From Gemmatimonadaceae bacterium (GTDB lineage Bacteria; Gemmatimonadota; Gemmatimonadetes; Gemmatimonadales; Gemmatimonadaceae): a stretch of DNA of 64,000 nucleotides. Position numbers and translations under genes: made by a program. Positions 61,967 to 64,000 of this stretch are shown here, piece by piece (positions within the stretch are counted from its first letter, which is position 1; every line of letters begins with the position of its first letter). Below the pieces are notes generated by a model that searched no databases, had not been told where the DNA came from, and saw only the letters and a list, made by a program, of their open reading frames with translations. Location: contig DASRHU010000052.1 of the NCBI GenBank assembly GCA_035650335.1, forward strand, positions 17,043 to 81,042. Reading direction: 5' to 3'.

Positions 61967-63706
61967 TCACTGCCGCAGCGCCCGCGCCGAATAGAGCTTT
62001 CCCCCGATAGCCACCCAGCGCACTCGCGCTGGCCACTCGGGGATCTTGCGCAGCGTTCCTTCGACCACCACGAAGTCGCCCCGGTCGCCCTCGCGGAGCA
62101 CGCGCGCCGTCGAGGTGTCGCTGGCCTCGAGCACGTGCGGCGTGAGGCCGCCATCGCGATCCAGCCCGCTTCGAATCTCGCGCAGCGCAGCGGTGTCGTG
62201 AACCGCGAGCTGCATGGCGACCACGCCGTGTGCGAGCAGGCCGGGACCCCATCCGAGATCCGAGACGCTCCACCCCGTCGCGCGCACACCAGGCATCACG
62301 GTGACGCCTCGCCCCTTTACCACCGGCGTGCCCTTGGGGATCTTCACCTGGGCGCGAGGGCCAATGCGCGCGATGCGACCATCCTCGACGAGCACGACCG
62401 CGTTGCGCAGCGGCGCGTCTCGTTCGCCGTCGAGCACCGTTGCCCCAACGATCGCGAACCGCTCGGAGTGTGTCGGCTTGATGTCGTCGGCCGCATTGCG
62501 CACGAGGCGCAGCGCATCGCGGCGCGCCGAGCCGAGAAGGTACGGGATGGCCTCCTCGAATCCCTCGCGCAGGGCGAACGCGCCGGTCATTCCGCCAAGC
62601 GATCCGACCAGCACGCCCACCGTATCCACCCACAGCGTGCGTCGGCCCCAGCTGTTGCCACTGGCGTCGATGCGCTCGAGGATGATCCGCCGGGTTCCAA
62701 TCAGAACGGAGTCGCGGCCAAGCACCGACATTTCCAGGTCGGAATACCCCGGCACCTTGATGCGTGCGGGGCGCTCGAGACGATCCCACCGCCGCAGCAA
62801 TGCGCTCCAGGGCGCGACCGAGGGCGACTCGTTGAGCAGGAAATACCCGGTCGGCGTCTTGATCGTACGCGCCGTCGATCCCGTTCCGACACGCGTGCGA
62901 GCCCCAAGGACGGACACGGTCGCGTCCTCATCCCCGTCGACGCTCAAATGTCGAGGCCTGTACGTCGTGTCCATGCGGAGCGTGAGGACGTGAGGCGTCG
63001 CGGCGCCCGCCGACTCCACACGTGCAATGATCGATAACGTGTCCTGCGCCCGGACGAGCTCCCACCACTCGCGCGCGACGCCTCGACCCGCGACATAGTG
63101 CCGGAGCGATCCGCGCTCCGCGACGTGCATCGAAGGATTGAATGGGACGTTGCGCCGGAGCGAATCACCGGCGAGCGTGGGCGCGTCAGCGTCGCAGCGA
63201 ACTCTCCACATGACGACGTCGGCGGTCTGCACCTGCCGGTCGAAGTCCCAGGTGGTCTCCGCCTGTCCGCGAAGCGTATCTCCCTCGTGTGACAGCGACA
63301 TGTTGACGCCGCTGAACCCCGTCGTCCATCGCAGCTGGATGCTGTCGCCCTGCCCCATGTTCCACCACGAGTACCGGTGCACGCTCGGGGTGGCCCCGGG
63401 CGCCGGGCGCACCAGGAGATTTCGCCGCTCGTACGGACGCGTCCCGACTGTCGAATCGATGAGTACGCGAGATGGGGGCGTGACGATCCGCTCATCGTTG
63501 CCGAGCGCCAGCGTCGGGCGCCACGCACCCATGCGAAGCTCCCAGCAGCCGACGACGTCCGGCCAGCTGGGAAGCGCCGTGGCCACCGGGGCCGAGGTGG
63601 CCACGACGATCGGCTTGCGCGGCCCGCAGCCCGACAGGATCGCGCCCGTGATGAGCGAGGTCACAGCCAGCGCGCGGGCAATCGCGATGTTCGTCTTCGA
63701 TCCCAC
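61967..63706 (-). CDS. Lipoprotein with a C-terminal amidohydrolase-like beta-sandwich remnant
   Basis: 579 aa. Lipobox LITGAILSGC, an N-terminal 400 aa of unknown fold, and a C-terminal 165 aa described in the findings. Confidence 0.6.
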   Translation of the reverse strand: MGSKTNIAIARALAVTSLITGAILSGCGPRKPIVVATSAPVATALPSWPDVVGCWELRMGAWRPTLALGNDERIVTPPSRVLIDSTVGTRPYERRNLLVRPAPGATPSVHRYSWWNMGQGDSIQLRWTTGFSGVNMSLSHEGDTLRGQAETTWDFDRQVQTADVVMWRVRCDADAPTLAGDSLRRNVPFNPSMHVAERGSLRHYVAGRGVAREWWELVRAQDTLSIIARVESAGAATPHVLTLRMDTTYRPRHLSVDGDEDATVSVLGARTRVGTGSTARTIKTPTGYFLLNESPSVAPWSALLRRWDRLERPARIKVPGYSDLEMSVLGRDSVLIGTRRIILERIDASGNSWGRRTLWVDTVGVLVGSLGGMTGAFALREGFEEAIPYLLGSARRDALRLVRNAADDIKPTHSERFAIVGATVLDGERDAPLRNAVVLVEDGRIARIGPRAQVKIPKGTPVVKGRGVTVMPGVRATGWSVSDLGWGPGLLAHGVVAMQLAVHDTAALREIRSGLDRDGGLTPHVLEASDTSTARVLREGDRGDFVVVEGTLRKIPEWPARVRWVAIGGKLYSARALRQ

Positions 63707-63853
63707 TTACAGCCTCCTGGAACGCTCGGTCGACAGACTCCGTGGCGTATGCCGGCCCCGCAATGCACAAACCTTGCTCACGCGCCCCCAATGGCTGAAA
63801 CCGACATGCCAGGCCCCCGTACGGGATCACGTCCTCCGCTCCAGGAATGCCTC

Positions 63854-64000
63854 GTGCGAGTCCGTGCCCTCTTGCCGGTCGCGCTGCTTCTCGTGATGCC
63901 GGGCGCGCTGCCGGCGCAACCTGCCTACATCAATCTGACCGTGAACGACGTCGGTATCGCCATCGGCGATGCGCCGCGCGTCACCGGACTGCGCATCAAT
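63854..64000 (+). CDS. Secreted hypothetical protein, N-terminal fragment (continues beyond the window end)
   Basis: Own translation from GTG: VRVRALLPVALLLVMPGALPAQPAYINLTVNDVGIAIGDAPRVTGLRIN. Signal-peptide-like N-terminus and GC-rich third codon positions. It is open at the window edge. Confidence 0.4.
   Translation, partial: MRVRALLPVALLLVMPGALPAQPAYINLTVNDVGIAIGDAPRVTGLRIN

Overview
High-GC (roughly 68-70 percent by eye) chromosomal window from a Gram-negative bacterium. The gene content (a SusC/SusD pair, many MacB/FtsX-type permeases, MglA/MglB, NtrC-type sigma-54 regulators, TonB receptors with carboxypeptidase-regulatory N-domains) suggests a Gemmatimonadota- or Acidobacteriota-like lineage, but that is inference only. 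I call about 60 densely packed protein genes, with at least 15 four-nt start/stop overlaps. The blocks, in order: (1) 1-16315, mostly minus strand: ALDH fragment, a LarE-like/ThpR/NtrC-type regulator chain, ogt, comM, a TonB receptor with NadR-like kinase and pnuC, and a giant orphan histidine kinase. (2) 16320-26133, plus strand: creatininase-family gene, a TolC/MFP/ABC-ATPase/2x FtsX efflux operon, and an Ig-like repeat protein. (3) SusD/SusC on the minus strand. (4) 31369-38441, plus strand: two orphan FtsX permeases, a BshB-like deacetylase with kynA-kynB, and cysteine desulfurase with mnmA. (5) 38459-58361, minus strand: dnaJ-grpE, cinA, pgsA, mglA-mglB, recR-ybaB-dnaX, SRP RNA, ltaE, then a tal-pyk-MBL-pgi-aldolase cluster translationally coupled to a sensor-less histidine-kinase-like protein and a sigma-54 response regulator. 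(6) A dapA-like/unknown/enolase-superfamily operon and a lipoprotein. I saw no rRNA, tRNA, CRISPR array, transposase or integrase. The one ncRNA is an SRP RNA with its own promoter and terminator. The most unusual signal is not a gene. Eight gene-3'-end palindromes have arms that are themselves tandem 7- or 9-nt repeats, and two of them are partly translated (pyk N-terminus, ltaE C-terminus). A second unexplained signal is that most of the rare TTA Leu codons sit in the heptamer GTTAGGC. All coordinates were derived by hand from the ORF track and sequence lines, so small elements may be off by 1-2 nt.
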